A stretch of DNA of 64,000 nucleotides from an uncultured delta proteobacterium (GCA_963822965.1 CAWGJT010000006.1:768001-832000); one strand, 5' to 3'. Positions 50,313 to 62,144 are shown, counted from the first letter of the stretch. Numbers and translations: made by a program. The notes: generated from the sequence alone by a model not told the origin.

Positions 50313-50541
50313 GTCGCGAGGCCCTCCATCGCTGGGTCCCTTCTCGTATCGGGCCGACCGGCGGAGGGCTGGAGCCCGTACCTCTCGGCGAGCGGCGGCG
50401 CGTGCGCGCTCTCGTGAAGCAGACGTGCAATCATTTCGCGATCATCGGAGGCCGGCCGGCGCCGCCGTCCGGGAAGCGAGCACGGCGCCGGAACGCATCG
50501 AGCCGGAGCCCAGGAGCCGGAACCGAGAGGAGAGACCCCGA

Positions 50542-52014
50542 ATGTCCTTCGACCCCCGCGCGCCGGTCCTCGTCGGCCTTCACCAGCTCGAGCAGCGCGT
50601 GGACGACCCCCTCGAGGGCCGCGAGCCCCTGCAGATGATGATCGACGCCGCCCGGGCCGCCGCCGAGGACGCGGGAAGCCGTGCCCTGCTGGAGGCGGCG
50701 GACGTGGTGTGCGTGATTCGCGGCCGTTGGCGCTACGACGATCCCGCACGCGCCGTGGCGGCGCGGCTCGGGGCCGCGCAGGCGCGTTCCGCCGCGACCC
50801 CCTTCGGCGGCAACATGGTGCAGTCGGCGGTGAACGGGTTCGCGCGGGAGATCCGAGACGAGAAGCGCGACGTCGTCGTGCTCGCGGGCGCCGAGAACGG
50901 CCGCAGCCTCTCCCGGGCGCGCAAGCAGGGGGTGCGGCTCTCGTACAGCGACGCACCCGGAGAGCCCGACCTGATGCTCGGCCCGGAGCTGTCGATGGTG
51001 CACGAGGCGGAGATCGCCCGGAAGCTAGTCCGGCCGATCGCCATGTACCCGATCTTCGAGAACGCCATCCGCTACGCGCGGGGCGAGTCCATCGAAGCGC
51101 ACCGGGAGCGGATCGCGCGCCTGTGGGCGCGCTTCAACGCCGTCGCCGTCGAGAACCCGCACGCCTGGATTCGCGAGCCGATGAGCGCCGAGCAGATCGC
51201 CACCCCCTCCGCCGAGAACCGCATGCTGGGCTTCCCCTATACGCTGCGGATGAACTCGAACGACAAGGTCGACCAGGCGGCCGCCCTGATCCTGTGCTCC
51301 GCGGAGGCGGCCCGGCGCTTCGGCGTACCGCGCGAGCGCTGGATCTTCCTGCACGCGGGCAGCGACGCCCACGACCACCTGTTCGTCTCGAACCGCCAGG
51401 ATCTGCACTCTTCGCCGGCCATCCGCATCGCCGGCGGGCGGGCCCTCGAGCTGGCGGGCACCTCGCCCGACGCGCTCGACTACGTGGACCTCTACAGCTG
51501 CTTCCCCTCGGCGGTGCAGGTGGCGGCGGCCGAGCTCGGTCTCTCCGAGGAACGCCCGCTCACCGTGACCGGCGGCCTCACCTTCGGCGGTGGCCCGCTC
51601 AACGACTACGTGATGCACGGAATCGCGCGCATGGGCGAGGTGCTGCGCGCGGATCCGGGCAAGGTCGGGCTGTGCACCGCGAACGGGGGCTTCCTCACCA
51701 AGCACGCCTTCGGCGTCTACTCGACGGAGCCGCCGGCCGAGGGCTTCCGCCACGAGAGCTGCCAGGCGGCGGTGGACGCCCTGCCCCGCCGCGAGGCAGT
51801 GGTCGACCACGAGGGTGACGTCACCATCGAGTCCTACACGGTGATGTTCGAGGGCGGAGAGCCCGAGATCGCCCACGCGGCCTGTCTCCTGCCGGACGGC
51901 CGCCGCACGTGGGCGAACAGCCTGGACCGCACGCTCGCCACCGCGATGACCCGCGAGGAGTTCTGCGGCCGGCCCGCTCGCATCGACGGGCACGGCACCT
52001 TCACGATGCGCTGA
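50542..52014 (+). CDS. Thiolase-like protein (acetyl-CoA acetyltransferase family) with C-terminal OB-like domain
   Basis: PVLVG, VDQAAAL, DLYSCFPSAVQ, TGGLTFGGGP.N.YV.H, IESYTV. Confidence 0.88.
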   Translation: MSFDPRAPVLVGLHQLEQRVDDPLEGREPLQMMIDAARAAAEDAGSRALLEAADVVCVIRGRWRYDDPARAVAARLGAAQARSAATPFGGNMVQSAVNGFAREIRDEKRDVVVLAGAENGRSLSRARKQGVRLSYSDAPGEPDLMLGPELSMVHEAEIARKLVRPIAMYPIFENAIRYARGESIEAHRERIARLWARFNAVAVENPHAWIREPMSAEQIATPSAENRMLGFPYTLRMNSNDKVDQAAALILCSAEAARRFGVPRERWIFLHAGSDAHDHLFVSNRQDLHSSPAIRIAGGRALELAGTSPDALDYVDLYSCFPSAVQVAAAELGLSEERPLTVTGGLTFGGGPLNDYVMHGIARMGEVLRADPGKVGLCTANGGFLTKHAFGVYSTEPPAEGFRHESCQAAVDALPRREAVVDHEGDVTIESYTVMFEGGEPEIAHAACLLPDGRRTWANSLDRTLATAMTREEFCGRPARIDGHGTFTMR

Positions 52015-52087
52015 CCCGGCTCCAAGAGGACAACGCCCAACGTTGTCCTCAGGTTGCAAGTCAGCGCCCCAGCGGGGCGCTGACCGC

Positions 52088-54542
52088 TCAGGAGACGATG
52101 CCGTCGTCGACGAGCCGCCGGATCTGCTCGCCCGGGTAGCCCAGGATCTCGCCCAGCACCTGCTCGGTATCGGCGCCGAGACAGGGGGCCGGGGTGCGCA
52201 CGCCGTTGGGGCCGTTCGCCAGACGCCAGGGGATGCCCGCGTGCTTGCGGCGCCCCACCTCGGGGTGGGGCAGCTCCTCGAAGAAGCCACGGGCGGCGAG
52301 ATGCGGGTCGTCGACCAGGTCCCGGGGCGACATGGACGGGAACGCCGCGACGCCTGCGGCCTGCAGGACGCGGGTCACCTCCCAGCGGTCGCGGGCGGCC
52401 GTCCAGGACGACAGGCTCGCGTCCAGCTCGTCCTCGTTCCGCTTCCGCAGCGCGGCCGTCGCGAAGCGCGGATCGTCCGCGAGGCCTGCGGACACGACGC
52501 GGGCCAGGGCGCGCCACTCCTCGTCGTTCGCGCAGGCGATCGTCACCCAGTCGTCCTCGCCGGCGCAGGGATAGGCGTTGTGGGGCGCCATCCGGGGATC
52601 GCGATTTCCCATGCGCGGAGGCTGCGCGCCCTGCAGCACCCAGGCCATCCATCCCTCCAGCACGCCCGCCGCGGTCGCCTCCCACAGGGACACGTCGATG
52701 TGCTGGCCGCCCCCGTGGCGCTGGCGCGCGACCAGCGCGGCGCACACCGCGGCGGCGGCGGTGATGCCGGCAGCAGGATCGCCGAGGGAGATGCCGACCT
52801 CCGACGGCCCCAGCCCCGCGTAGCCCGAGAGCGTCGAGAGCCCCGAGAGCGGCGCGACGGCCGGACCGTAGGCCATGTACTCGCGCCACGGCCCGGTCTG
52901 GCCGTAGCCCGAAATGGAGGCCATCACGAGGTCCGGACGCACCGCGAGCAGGCTCTCGTAGTCGAGTCCCAGTCGTTCCATCACGCCGGTGGCGAAGTTC
53001 TCCACCAGGGCGTCGCTCCGGGCCACCAGCTCCTTCACCACGGGAATCGCGCCCGGGTGCCCGAGGTTCAGGTGCAGGCTCTTCTTGCCCTGGTTCCACT
53101 GGTTGAAGTAGCCCGAGCGGTCGAGGCCGGACTCCATGCCCTCGGGATAGATGGTGAGGCGCCTTCCCAGGTCGGGCCGGCCGGCGGACTCGATCTTGAT
53201 CACCTCGGCGCCGAGGTGCGCGAGGTGCATGGCCGCGAACGGCCCGGCCCACACCCAGGTGAGATCCACCACCCGGATGCCCTCGAGCGGAAGGCCCGAC
53301 GATCGGGACGAGCCGGCGGAAGGTCGCGCGGCGGCGGGCGCGGGACGCCGCCGCGGCGGCTTCGGCGAGCACCTCCTGCTGGTGCTCGCCCAGCAGCGGG
53401 GCGGCGCGACGCACCGCCCACCACGGCTCGCGCAGCACGTAGGGGGAGCCGGGCATCTCGAAGGACCCCGCACGCGGGTGGTCGACCCGGGCGAAGAACC
53501 CGCGCGCGCGCGGCTGCGGCTGCGCGGCCAGCCCTTCCATCGTGAGGACCGGCGCGACGCAGATCCGCCGCTTCTGCCCTTCGTGGAAGAGCTCGTCGAC
53601 CTTCCGGCCGGCGACCCACTCCTGCAGGAAGATGCGCAGGGCGTCCGCGTTGTGGAATCGGTTCTTCATGCTGTCGAAGAGCTCGAGGGACGCCCACTCG
53701 GGGTGCCCCATCAGCTCGACGAGCCGCTGCCATTGGTCCTCTTCGGGCGTGACGATGAAGATGAGACCGTCGCGGCACGCATAGATGCCCCAGGGATTGA
53801 GCCCGCGGGCGCCGAAGCGGCTGGCGAGCACACCGGGATAGGTCCAGTAGACGAGCGCCGCCTCGATGAACGACGCCACGTAGGCCTGCTCGGCCAGGTC
53901 CACGTGCTCGCCCTCGCCGGTGCGCTGGGCGCGGTAGAAGGCGGCGAGCGAAGCCGCGCAGGCCGCCACGCCGGTCTGGAAGTCCGACTGGTGGCCGAAG
54001 GCCTTGAGCGGCGGCAGGTCGGGATGCTCGGAGGCGCCGGGGCTCACCCACGCCCAGCCGCCCCCGTGCGCCAGGGTGATCTCCTCGGCGCGGTAGTCGC
54101 GATGGGGTCCGGTGAGACCGAAGGGCGTGATCGAGCAGAGCACGAGGGCGGGACGGAGGGAACGCAGCCGCTCGTAGTCGACGCCGAGCGCGTCCATGCG
54201 GCCGGGCGTCAGGTCGTGGACCAGGATGTCGGCACCGGCCACCAGGGCGTCGAAACGAGCGCGGTCGCCCGGCTCCTCGAGATCGAGCACGACCGAACGC
54301 TTGTTGATGTTGAGCGTGAGGAAGAGACCGCTCCGCTCCGGATCCGCCCCGTCCGCGTCCGGCGGGAAGGGGCCGCGCTGGCGCGCCGGGTCGCCGCCGG
54401 GCGGCTCGATCTTGATCACGTCCGCGCCGAGATCGGCCATCATCCGGGTGGCGAAGGGCGCCGACACGAGCCCGCCCAGCTCCAGAACACGCACGCCGTC
54501 GAGCCCCTGCAAGGCCGTCCTCCCCGGGCGATGGCCCGACAC
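52088..54542 (-). CDS. Double-domain CaiB/BaiF family III CoA-transferase (frameshift near 53350)
   Basis: Two copies of L.G.RV..L....A.P....LGA.VIK.E and N..K.S; the second domain lies in the 52088-53473 frame. Confidence 0.9.
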
Positions 54543-54578
54543 GATTCTACGGGATGCTGGGTTACCCTGGCAGCTCGC

Positions 54579-55667
54579 ATGTCCGCTCCCTCCATCGTGA
54601 CCGACCCGCGACAGGTGGATGCCGCCTGGCTGACCGCCGTGCTGCACCACGCCGGCGTCGGCTCCGGGACGCGCGTGAAGGCGACCCGATCGCAGGGCGT
54701 GGGGACGGGACAGATGGGGCGTAACGTGCGCTTCGCCCTCGACTGGGAGGGCGGCCCGCAGGACGAGCTGCCGGCGAGCGTCGTCGGCAAGTTTCCCTCG
54801 GACGACCCCACGAGTCGGGCCACGGGAGCCTCCCAGGGCGCCTACGAGAAGGAGGTCCGCTTCTATCGCGAGCTCCGGCACACCGTCGGGATCCGAACCC
54901 CCCGTTGCTTCTTCGCCGACGTCGAACCGGCGACCGGCGACTTCGTGATGGTGATGGAGGACCTGGCGCCCGCGCTGCAGGGCGACCAGCTCGCCGGCTG
55001 CAGCGTCGACCAGGCCGCCCTCGCGCTCGCCGAGGCCGCCCGTCTCCACGCACCCCGTTGGGGGGACCCGACGCTCGAAGACCTGGGCTTCCTGGTCCGT
55101 CCCGGCCCGGAGTCCGCCGAGGGCCTGCAGGCCATCTACAAGATGCTCTGGCCCGGCTTCGCGGAGCGCTATGGCGACACCCTGGACGCGGAGGCGTTGG
55201 GCCTCTCGCAACGCCTGGGCGACCGTCTCGCCGCCTGGGTGCTGGAAGGCACGACCCCGCTCACGCTGGTGCACGGCGACTACCGCCTGGACAACATGCT
55301 CTTCGGCACGAGCGAGGGCGGATATCCCCTGGCCGTGGTGGACTGGCAGACCGTGGGGCTCGGCCGCGCCCTCGCCGACGCCGCCTATTTCATGGGGGCG
55401 TCGCTGCTCGAGGTGGATCGTCGCGCTCACGAACAGGCCCTGCTCCGCGACTACCACGAGCGCCTGCAGGCCGGCGGCGTCCGCGACTACTCCTTCGACC
55501 AGTGCTTCCACGACTACCGCCGCAACACGTTCGGCGGGGTCGTGATGGCCGTCGTCGCTTCGATGATCGTCGAACAGACAGCGCGAGGAGACGAGATGTT
55601 CCTCGCCATGGCGTCCCGTCACGCCGCCCATGCCCTGGACCTCGAATCCGAGGCCCTTCTCCGCTGA
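54579..55667 (+). CDS. Aminoglycoside-phosphotransferase/EcKinase-like kinase
   Basis: GTGQMG, EVRFY, LVHGDYRLDNMLF, VDWQT. Confidence 0.9.
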   Translation: MSAPSIVTDPRQVDAAWLTAVLHHAGVGSGTRVKATRSQGVGTGQMGRNVRFALDWEGGPQDELPASVVGKFPSDDPTSRATGASQGAYEKEVRFYRELRHTVGIRTPRCFFADVEPATGDFVMVMEDLAPALQGDQLAGCSVDQAALALAEAARLHAPRWGDPTLEDLGFLVRPGPESAEGLQAIYKMLWPGFAERYGDTLDAEALGLSQRLGDRLAAWVLEGTTPLTLVHGDYRLDNMLFGTSEGGYPLAVVDWQTVGLGRALADAAYFMGASLLEVDRRAHEQALLRDYHERLQAGGVRDYSFDQCFHDYRRNTFGGVVMAVVASMIVEQTARGDEMFLAMASRHAAHALDLESEALLR

Positions 55668-55710
55668 ATCTCCGGCCGCGGGTCCGGCCAGGCAACCGAA
55701 GGAGAGAACG

Positions 55711-56937
55711 ATGAGCAAGCCGCTCGAAGGCATCCGAATCCTCGAAGTCGCGCAGTGGTGGTTCGTTCCCAGCGCCGGGGCGCTGCTCGCCGACTGGGGC
55801 GCCGAGGTGATCAAGGTGGAGCACCCCGAGGTCGGCGATCCCCAGCGCGGGCTCGTCACGTCGGGCCTGCTGCCCAAGGGCGGCTTCAACTTCATGTGGG
55901 AGCAGCCGAACCACGGCAAGAAGAGCGTCGGCATCGACATCAAGACCGACGGCGGGCGCGAGCTCGTCTACCGACTCGCCGAGCGCTCCGACGTGTTCCT
56001 GACGAGCTTCCTGCCCGACGCGCGGGAGCGGCTCAAGATCGACGTCGAGGACATCCGTCGGGTGAACCCGAAGATCATCTACGCCCGGGGGACGGGACAG
56101 GGCGTGCGCGGTCCCGACGCCCGGCGCGGCGGCTACGACGGCGCCTCCTACTGGGCGCGCGGCGGCATCGCCTCGGCGATCAGCGGGTCCAACCACGAGG
56201 GACCGCCCGTCGGGCAGCGGCCCGCCTTCGGAGACAGCATCGGCGGCATGACCATCGCCGGCGGCATCGCCTCGGCGCTCTTCAAGCGCGAGCGCACGGG
56301 CGAGCCCTCGGTGATCGACATCTCGCTGCTGGCCGTCGCCCTGTGGAACATCTCCGCCGACATCACCATGGCGAAGGCCCTGGAGGCGCTGGGGCTCAAG
56401 GGCGGAATGCCCAAGATGGACCGCACCCGCGTCCCGAATCCCATCGTCAACGCCTACCCGACGAAGGACGGGCGCTGGATCATGCTCATCATGCTGCAGT
56501 CGGACCGCAACTGGCCCGACCTGTGCCAGCACCTGGGGCGCCCCGACCTGATCGCGGATCCGCGCTTCGAGAACGCCGCGAAGCGCGCCGAGAACGGTGC
56601 CGCGTGCGTGGCGATCCTCGACGAGATCTTCCGCAGCCGCACCCTGGAGGAGTGGAAGCAGATCCTCGCCACCACCGACGGCGTCTGGGCGCCGGTGCAG
56701 CACCCGGGCGAGCTCTACGACGATCCCCAGGTGATCGCCAACGGCTATCTCCCGAAGGCCACCCTGAACGACGGCGGCGAGGCGCAGCTCGTCGCCAACC
56801 CGGTGCAGTTCGACGAGCAGCCCTACGCGCTGTCGGGCGCGCCGGAGTGCGGGCAGAACACCGAGGAGGTGCTGCTGGAGCTCGGCCTCGACTGGGACGA
56901 CCTCGCGCGGTACAAGCAGGACAAGGCGATCCTCTGA
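55711..56937 (+). CDS. CaiB/BaiF family III CoA-transferase
   Basis: AAGGAG RBS; PLEGIRILEVA, LADWGAEVIKVE, NHGKKS, GDSIGG. Confidence 0.93.
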   Translation: MSKPLEGIRILEVAQWWFVPSAGALLADWGAEVIKVEHPEVGDPQRGLVTSGLLPKGGFNFMWEQPNHGKKSVGIDIKTDGGRELVYRLAERSDVFLTSFLPDARERLKIDVEDIRRVNPKIIYARGTGQGVRGPDARRGGYDGASYWARGGIASAISGSNHEGPPVGQRPAFGDSIGGMTIAGGIASALFKRERTGEPSVIDISLLAVALWNISADITMAKALEALGLKGGMPKMDRTRVPNPIVNAYPTKDGRWIMLIMLQSDRNWPDLCQHLGRPDLIADPRFENAAKRAENGAACVAILDEIFRSRTLEEWKQILATTDGVWAPVQHPGELYDDPQVIANGYLPKATLNDGGEAQLVANPVQFDEQPYALSGAPECGQNTEEVLLELGLDWDDLARYKQDKAIL

Positions 56938-56974
56938 CCCGGCGCCGCTGGCGACGGCGGGCGGCGGGTCCGCT

Positions 56975-57766
56975 TCATCGCGGCTTGCGGAACTGCCGGA
57001 AGTCCGGCTCGCGCTTCTGCAGGAAGGCGGTCACCGCCTCGCGGTTCTCGGGCGATCCGGCCATCACCGCCATCCCGGCGTCCTCGGCGGTGCGCGCCGC
57101 GAGGATGCCCGCCGCATGCGCCACCTTGAGGGTGCGCTTCGTCGCCTGCAGCGCCGCCACCGGCCAGCGGGCGATCTCCCGGGCCTTGGCGAGGGTGGCC
57201 GCGAGCAGCTCGCCGTCCGGGAAGGCCCGCGCGGCCAGGCCCACCTCGAGCGCTCGCTCGGCGCCGACCCACTCGGCGGTGAAGAAGAGCTCGGCCGCGC
57301 GCTGGCGCCCGATGGCGGATTGCAGCGTGTAGCTGCTGGCCAGCTCGGGCACCAGGCCCAGGCTCACGAAGGGAAGCCGCAGACGCAGGCTCTCGCCCAC
57401 GTAGACCACGTCGCAGGCGATCGCGAGGGTGGCGCCGCCGCCGACGGCCACCCCCTTCACGGCGGCCAGCAGCGGCTTGTCGAAGGCGAAGACGGCGTCG
57501 ACGCAGCCGTGGAAGCCCGTGGGGTTCCCGTCCGCGCGAGGCTCGCCCGCCCCCACGAACGCCGACAGGTCCTGGCCGGCCGAGAAGTCGCTGCCCGCGC
57601 CCGTCAACACCACGACGGCCACCGAGGCGTCGCCCCGCGCCCGGTTCAACGCGTCGCGCAGACCGTCCCACTGCGCCTCGTCGAAGGCGTTCTTCTTCTG
57701 AGGCCGGTTCAGGGTGACGAGCAGCACCCCATCCTCGTATTGCTGCAGCACGGGCCCTTCGCTCAC
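56975..57766 (-). CDS. Enoyl-CoA hydratase/isomerase family protein
   Basis: LNRPQKKNAF, FSAGQDL, AVGGG, GLVPELASS, KREPDF. Confidence 0.92.
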   Translation of the reverse strand: MSEGPVLQQYEDGVLLVTLNRPQKKNAFDEAQWDGLRDALNRARGDASVAVVVLTGAGSDFSAGQDLSAFVGAGEPRADGNPTGFHGCVDAVFAFDKPLLAAVKGVAVGGGATLAIACDVVYVGESLRLRLPFVSLGLVPELASSYTLQSAIGRQRAAELFFTAEWVGAERALEVGLAARAFPDGELLAATLAKAREIARWPVAALQATKRTLKVAHAAGILAARTAEDAGMAVMAGSPENREAVTAFLQKREPDFRQFRKPR

Positions 57767-57964
57767 TGGGTCTCCTCTGTCGGCCACTTCTTCGGCCTCG
57801 CCACCGACCTCGTCTCCGGCGTCGCCACCGCCCTGGTCCTCGGTCCGCCTACTCCCGGGCCGGCGGAGACGGTAGGCTCTCGGGTCCCATCCGCAATCGA
57901 ACGGCGACCCGGGGCAGGGAGCTCGGGGCGGCACTCGAAGCGAAGAAGCGAAGAGAGGAAGGCG

Positions 57965-58771
57965 ATGATCGACATCCTCAAGTACCAGGGAAAGATCTGC
58001 GTGGTGACGGGCGCCGCCTCGGGCATGGGGGGCGCTTGCGCGAGCATCCTCACCGAGCTCGGTGCCGAGGTCGTCGGTCTCGACGTCCAGGACGTGAACG
58101 TGCCGGTCAAGGAATCGATGAAGCTCGACCTGATGCGGGAAGAGTCCATCGACGAGGTGGTGTCGCGGCTTCCGGACCGGATCGACCGGCTCTTCAACTG
58201 CGCGGGGGTGCCGGGGGCGCCGCGCTTCTCGGCCCTCGACACCATGGTGGTCAACTTCGTCGGCCTCCGGCATCTCACGGAAGCGGTGCTTCCCCGCATT
58301 CCCCGGGGCGGCGCCGTCGCGAGCATCACCTCCGTCGCCGGCATGGGCTACCAGAAGAACCTCGAGAAGGTGAACGAGCTGCTGGCCATCGAGGACTTCT
58401 CCCAGGCCCGCGCCTGGTGCGAGGCGAACCCGGAGACCGCCAACGGCTACCTCTTCTCCAAGCAGATGATCATCGGATACACCAAGGCGCGGGCGGCCGC
58501 GCTCGCGGAGCGCGAGGTGCGCATCAACTGCCTGAGCCCCGCGCCCACGGACACCCCGATGATGCCCGCCTTCTACGAGGCCGCGCCCAAGGAGTTCATG
58601 GACGAGCACTTCCAGGCGCCGGTCGGCCGCAACGCCACGCCCGAGGAGATGGCCGAGCCGCTCATCCTGCTGAACAGCGAGGCCGCGCGCTTCGTCAGCG
58701 GACACAATCTCTTCGTCGACTACGGCTACGCCGGCTCGGTCCACATGGGGCAGCGTCCGGCCCTGCTCTGA
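57965..58771 (+). CDS. SDR family oxidoreductase
   Basis: VTGAASGMG, NCAG, YLFSK, INCLSP, VDYG. Confidence 0.92.
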   Translation: MIDILKYQGKICVVTGAASGMGGACASILTELGAEVVGLDVQDVNVPVKESMKLDLMREESIDEVVSRLPDRIDRLFNCAGVPGAPRFSALDTMVVNFVGLRHLTEAVLPRIPRGGAVASITSVAGMGYQKNLEKVNELLAIEDFSQARAWCEANPETANGYLFSKQMIIGYTKARAAALAEREVRINCLSPAPTDTPMMPAFYEAAPKEFMDEHFQAPVGRNATPEEMAEPLILLNSEAARFVSGHNLFVDYGYAGSVHMGQRPALL

Positions 58772-58825
58772 TCCGAGGCACGGATCGAACGGCGCAGGGG
58801 GCGAACCGGGAGGAACGGGAGCCAG

Positions 58826-59696
58826 GTGCAGGACTTCGCAGGCAAGACGGCGGTCGTGACGGGAGCCGCCTCCGGCATCGGACGCGCGCTGGCGCTCCAC
58901 GCCGCCTCCCTGGGCATGCACGTCGCGCTCGCGGACGTGGAAGCGGACGCCCTCCGCGGGGCGACCGAGGACGTGGAAGAGGCCGGGGGCCGCGCCATCG
59001 GCGTCGTGACCGACGTGAGCCGACCCGACGCGCTCCGCGAGCTGGCCGATCGCACCCTGGACGCGTTCGGCGGCGTCCATCTGCTGTGCAACAACGCCGG
59101 CGTCTTCGCCGCGGGCGGCACGGTGTGGGAGACGCCGCTCGCCGACTTCGAGTGGCAGTTCGCCGTGAACGTGATGGGCATCGTGCACGGGCTGCGCGCC
59201 TTCGTCCCCATCCTGCTCGAGCAGGGCCAGGAAGCCCACATCGTGAACACGGCCTCGATGGCCGCGGTCACGAGCTCTCCCTTGTCGGCGGGCTACTACG
59301 CCAGCAAGCACGCGGCGCTCTCGATCTCCGAGACCCTCTACCACGAGCTGACCCAGCGGGGCGCTTCCATCGGCGTCTCGGTGCTGTGCCCCGAGCTGGT
59401 GGCGACGCGCATCGGGCACGCCGAGCGGAACCGCCCCGAGCTCTACGCCCGCAAGGAAGAAGATCCCGCGGAGCATCCCGAGCGCGACCTCGTCGAGGCG
59501 GCGCTCCGCGAGTTCACGAAGACCGGGGCGCCACCGGCGGTGCTGGCGGAGCGCACCTTCGAGGCCGTTCGCAGCGAGCGATTCTACGTGTTTCCGACCG
59601 CGAAGACCGGCTGGCGACGCGCCTGCGAAACCCGCCTCGAAGACATCCGGACGCGAGCGCAACCCCACCTTCGTTCCCACGACGAGCAACGCCTGA
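58826..59696 (+). CDS. SDR family oxidoreductase (probable frameshift near the 3' end; ORF as given runs to 59818)
   Basis: VTGAASGIG, NNAGV, VNTASMA, YYASKHA, VLCPELVAT. Confidence 0.9.
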
Positions 59697-59736
59697 GCGG
59701 TCCCGCACGGGCGACCGCAAACCGCGAGGTCCTGCC

Positions 59737-60690
59737 ATGGCGACTCCCATCCAGCAGCCCTACGGCGCTCCCGGAGACGGCGCGCGCCGGATTTCCGTCC
59801 CGGCCTTCCTGCACCTGAAGCCCGGACCCCGCGCCTGCGTGCGCGAGGAGCGCGCCCGGCTCGCGGCGCTCTCGTTCGAGCGCATCCGCGTCCGCCCCCT
59901 GGCGCCGACGATCGGCGCCGAGATCGCGGGCGTCGACCTGGGAAACCTCGACGACGCGACCTTCGAGGAGGTGCGGCGCGCGTGGCTGGCCTTCAAGGTG
60001 GTCTTCTTCCGCGACCAGCGGATCGACGCCCGGCAGCAGATGGCGTTCGGACGCCGCTTCGGCGAGCTCGAGCACCACCCCTTCCTCGCCGCCAACGCCG
60101 CCCACGACGAGATCGTCCGCTTCGAGAAGGACGAGCAGACCGTGGGCTACGAGAACCTCTGGCACAGCGACGTGAGCTGGCGGGAGAAGCCGGCTCTGGC
60201 CTCCGTGCTGCGCGCCATCGAGGTTCCGGCCCTGGGCGGCGACACCCTCTTCGCGGACATGGTCACCGCCTACGAAGGCCTGGACGCCGACGTCAAGCAG
60301 CGCATCGAGGGGCTCACGGCCGTGCACGACTTCACCCACAGCTTCGGCCGGGGACTGTCGACCGAGGACCTGGCGGAGAAGCAGAAGCAGTTTCCGGCCG
60401 TGAGCCATCCGGTGGTGCGGACGCACCCGGAGACCGGGCGGCGCATCCTCTACGTGAACTCGATCTTCACCAGCCACATCGAGGGTCTCGATCCGGACGA
60501 GAGCACCGCGCTCCTCGACCTGCTCTGCCGCCAGGCCACGGTGCCGGAGTACCAGTGCCGCTTCCGCTGGGAGAAGGGCTCGGTAGCGTTCTGGGACAAC
60601 CGCGCCGTGCAGCACTACGCCGCGTCGGACTACTGGCCGGAGCACCGCGTGATGGAGCGCATCGCGATCGTCGGAGAGCGGCCCCGCTGA
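59737..60690 (+). CDS. TauD/TfdA family alpha-ketoglutarate dioxygenase (second paralog)
   Basis: IGAEIAGVDL, WHSDVS, GGDTLFA, HPVVRTHPETG, WDNRAVQH. Confidence 0.95.
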   Translation: MATPIQQPYGAPGDGARRISVPAFLHLKPGPRACVREERARLAALSFERIRVRPLAPTIGAEIAGVDLGNLDDATFEEVRRAWLAFKVVFFRDQRIDARQQMAFGRRFGELEHHPFLAANAAHDEIVRFEKDEQTVGYENLWHSDVSWREKPALASVLRAIEVPALGGDTLFADMVTAYEGLDADVKQRIEGLTAVHDFTHSFGRGLSTEDLAEKQKQFPAVSHPVVRTHPETGRRILYVNSIFTSHIEGLDPDESTALLDLLCRQATVPEYQCRFRWEKGSVAFWDNRAVQHYAASDYWPEHRVMERIAIVGERPR

Positions 60691-60728
60691 GTCCGCCGGA
60701 CCCCCGAACCCACACCCTGGAGAGCCCC

Positions 60729-62144
60729 ATGCAGGATTCCTCCCCGCATCCCCTCGTCATCGACGGTCGGACCGTCGCCGCCGAAGCCAGCTTCCCGGTG
60801 ATCGATCCGTCGACGGGCGCCGCGTTCGCCGAGTGTCCGGACTGCTCGCGCGCCCAGCTCGACCTCGCCGTGCAGTCCGCCCAGAAGGCCTTCCGGCCGT
60901 GGGCGTCGGACCTGCCCGCCCGCCGCGAGGCCCTCGTCCGCTGTGCGGACGTGCTCGCGCCGGAGGCCGAGCGCATCGGTGCGCTGCTGACCCGCGAGCA
61001 GGGCAAGCCCCTGGCGGAAGCCGTCGCCGAGGTGCACGGCGCCGCGTTCTGGCTGCGTCACACCGCCGGCCTCGAGATCCCCGTCGAGCGGCTCCACGAA
61101 GACGACGACACCCGCATCGAGCTCCATCGGAAGCCCCTGGGCGTCGTGGCGGCGATCACGCCCTGGAACTTCCCCATCGTCCTCTCGGTGTGGAAGATCG
61201 CCTCGGGGCTGCTCGCCGGAAACACCATGGTCCTCAAGCCCTCTCCCTTCACGCCCCTCTCGAGCCTCGAGATGGGCCGCGTCCTGCAGCAGGCCCTGCC
61301 GCCGGGCGTCCTGAACGTGGTCGCGGGCGGCGACGACCTCGGACGCTGGCTGAGCGAGCACCCGGCCGTCCGCAAGATCTCGTTCACGGGCTCCGTCGCC
61401 ACGGGCAAGAAGATCGCCGCCGTCGCGGCACCAGACCTGAAGCGGGTCACCCTCGAGCTGGGAGGCAACGATCCGGCGATCGTGCTCGCGGACGTCGATC
61501 CGAAGCAGATCGCCGAGAAGCTCTTCTGGGGCGCGTTCCGGAACGCCGGGCAGATCTGCATCGCCGTGAAGCGGGTCTACGCCGAGGAGAAGGTCTACCA
61601 GCCGCTCGTCGACGCCCTGGCCGAGGTCGCCCGGAACGTCGTGGTGGGAAGCGGGCTCGACCCCGCGACGCAGATGGGTCCCATCAACAACCGGCCGCAG
61701 TTCGATCGGGTGAACGAGCTGATCGAGTCGGCCCGCCGCGACGGTGCCCGCTTCGCGGTGGGAGGCGAGCCGATGTCGGGCCCCGGCTACTTCGTGCGAC
61801 CCACGCTGGTGACGGAGATCACCGACGGGTCGCGACTCGTCGACGAGGAGCAGTTCGGCCCCGTCCTGCCGATCATCCCCGTGCGCAGCGCCGAGGACGC
61901 CGTCGCGCGCGCGAACGCCAGCCACTTCGGTCTGGGTGGCTCCGTGTGGACGAACGACACCGCCCGGGGCGCCTCGCTCGCGCGCGAGCTGGAATGCGGA
62001 ACCGCCTGGGTGAACCAGCACGGCGCCCTCACCCCGTTCGCGCCCTTCGGCGGCTGCAAGTGGTCCGGCCTCGGCTACGAGAACGGGCCCTGGGGACTCG
62101 CCGCCTTCACCGAGCTGCAGGTGCTGAGCGTCGCCAAGCGCTGA
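60729..62144 (+). CDS. Aldehyde dehydrogenase
   Basis: ITPWNFP, LKPSP, FTGSVATG, LELGGND, AGQIC, EEQFGP, PFGG.K.SG. Confidence 0.95.
   Translation: MQDSSPHPLVIDGRTVAAEASFPVIDPSTGAAFAECPDCSRAQLDLAVQSAQKAFRPWASDLPARREALVRCADVLAPEAERIGALLTREQGKPLAEAVAEVHGAAFWLRHTAGLEIPVERLHEDDDTRIELHRKPLGVVAAITPWNFPIVLSVWKIASGLLAGNTMVLKPSPFTPLSSLEMGRVLQQALPPGVLNVVAGGDDLGRWLSEHPAVRKISFTGSVATGKKIAAVAAPDLKRVTLELGGNDPAIVLADVDPKQIAEKLFWGAFRNAGQICIAVKRVYAEEKVYQPLVDALAEVARNVVVGSGLDPATQMGPINNRPQFDRVNELIESARRDGARFAVGGEPMSGPGYFVRPTLVTEITDGSRLVDEEQFGPVLPIIPVRSAEDAVARANASHFGLGGSVWTNDTARGASLARELECGTAWVNQHGALTPFAPFGGCKWSGLGYENGPWGLAAFTELQVLSVAKR

Noticed and set aside
51834..55943. 1369-aa giant CoA-transferase ORF
   Set aside because: Only ~53350-54542 is coding in this frame; the rest is antisense to the kinase or off-frame after an indel.
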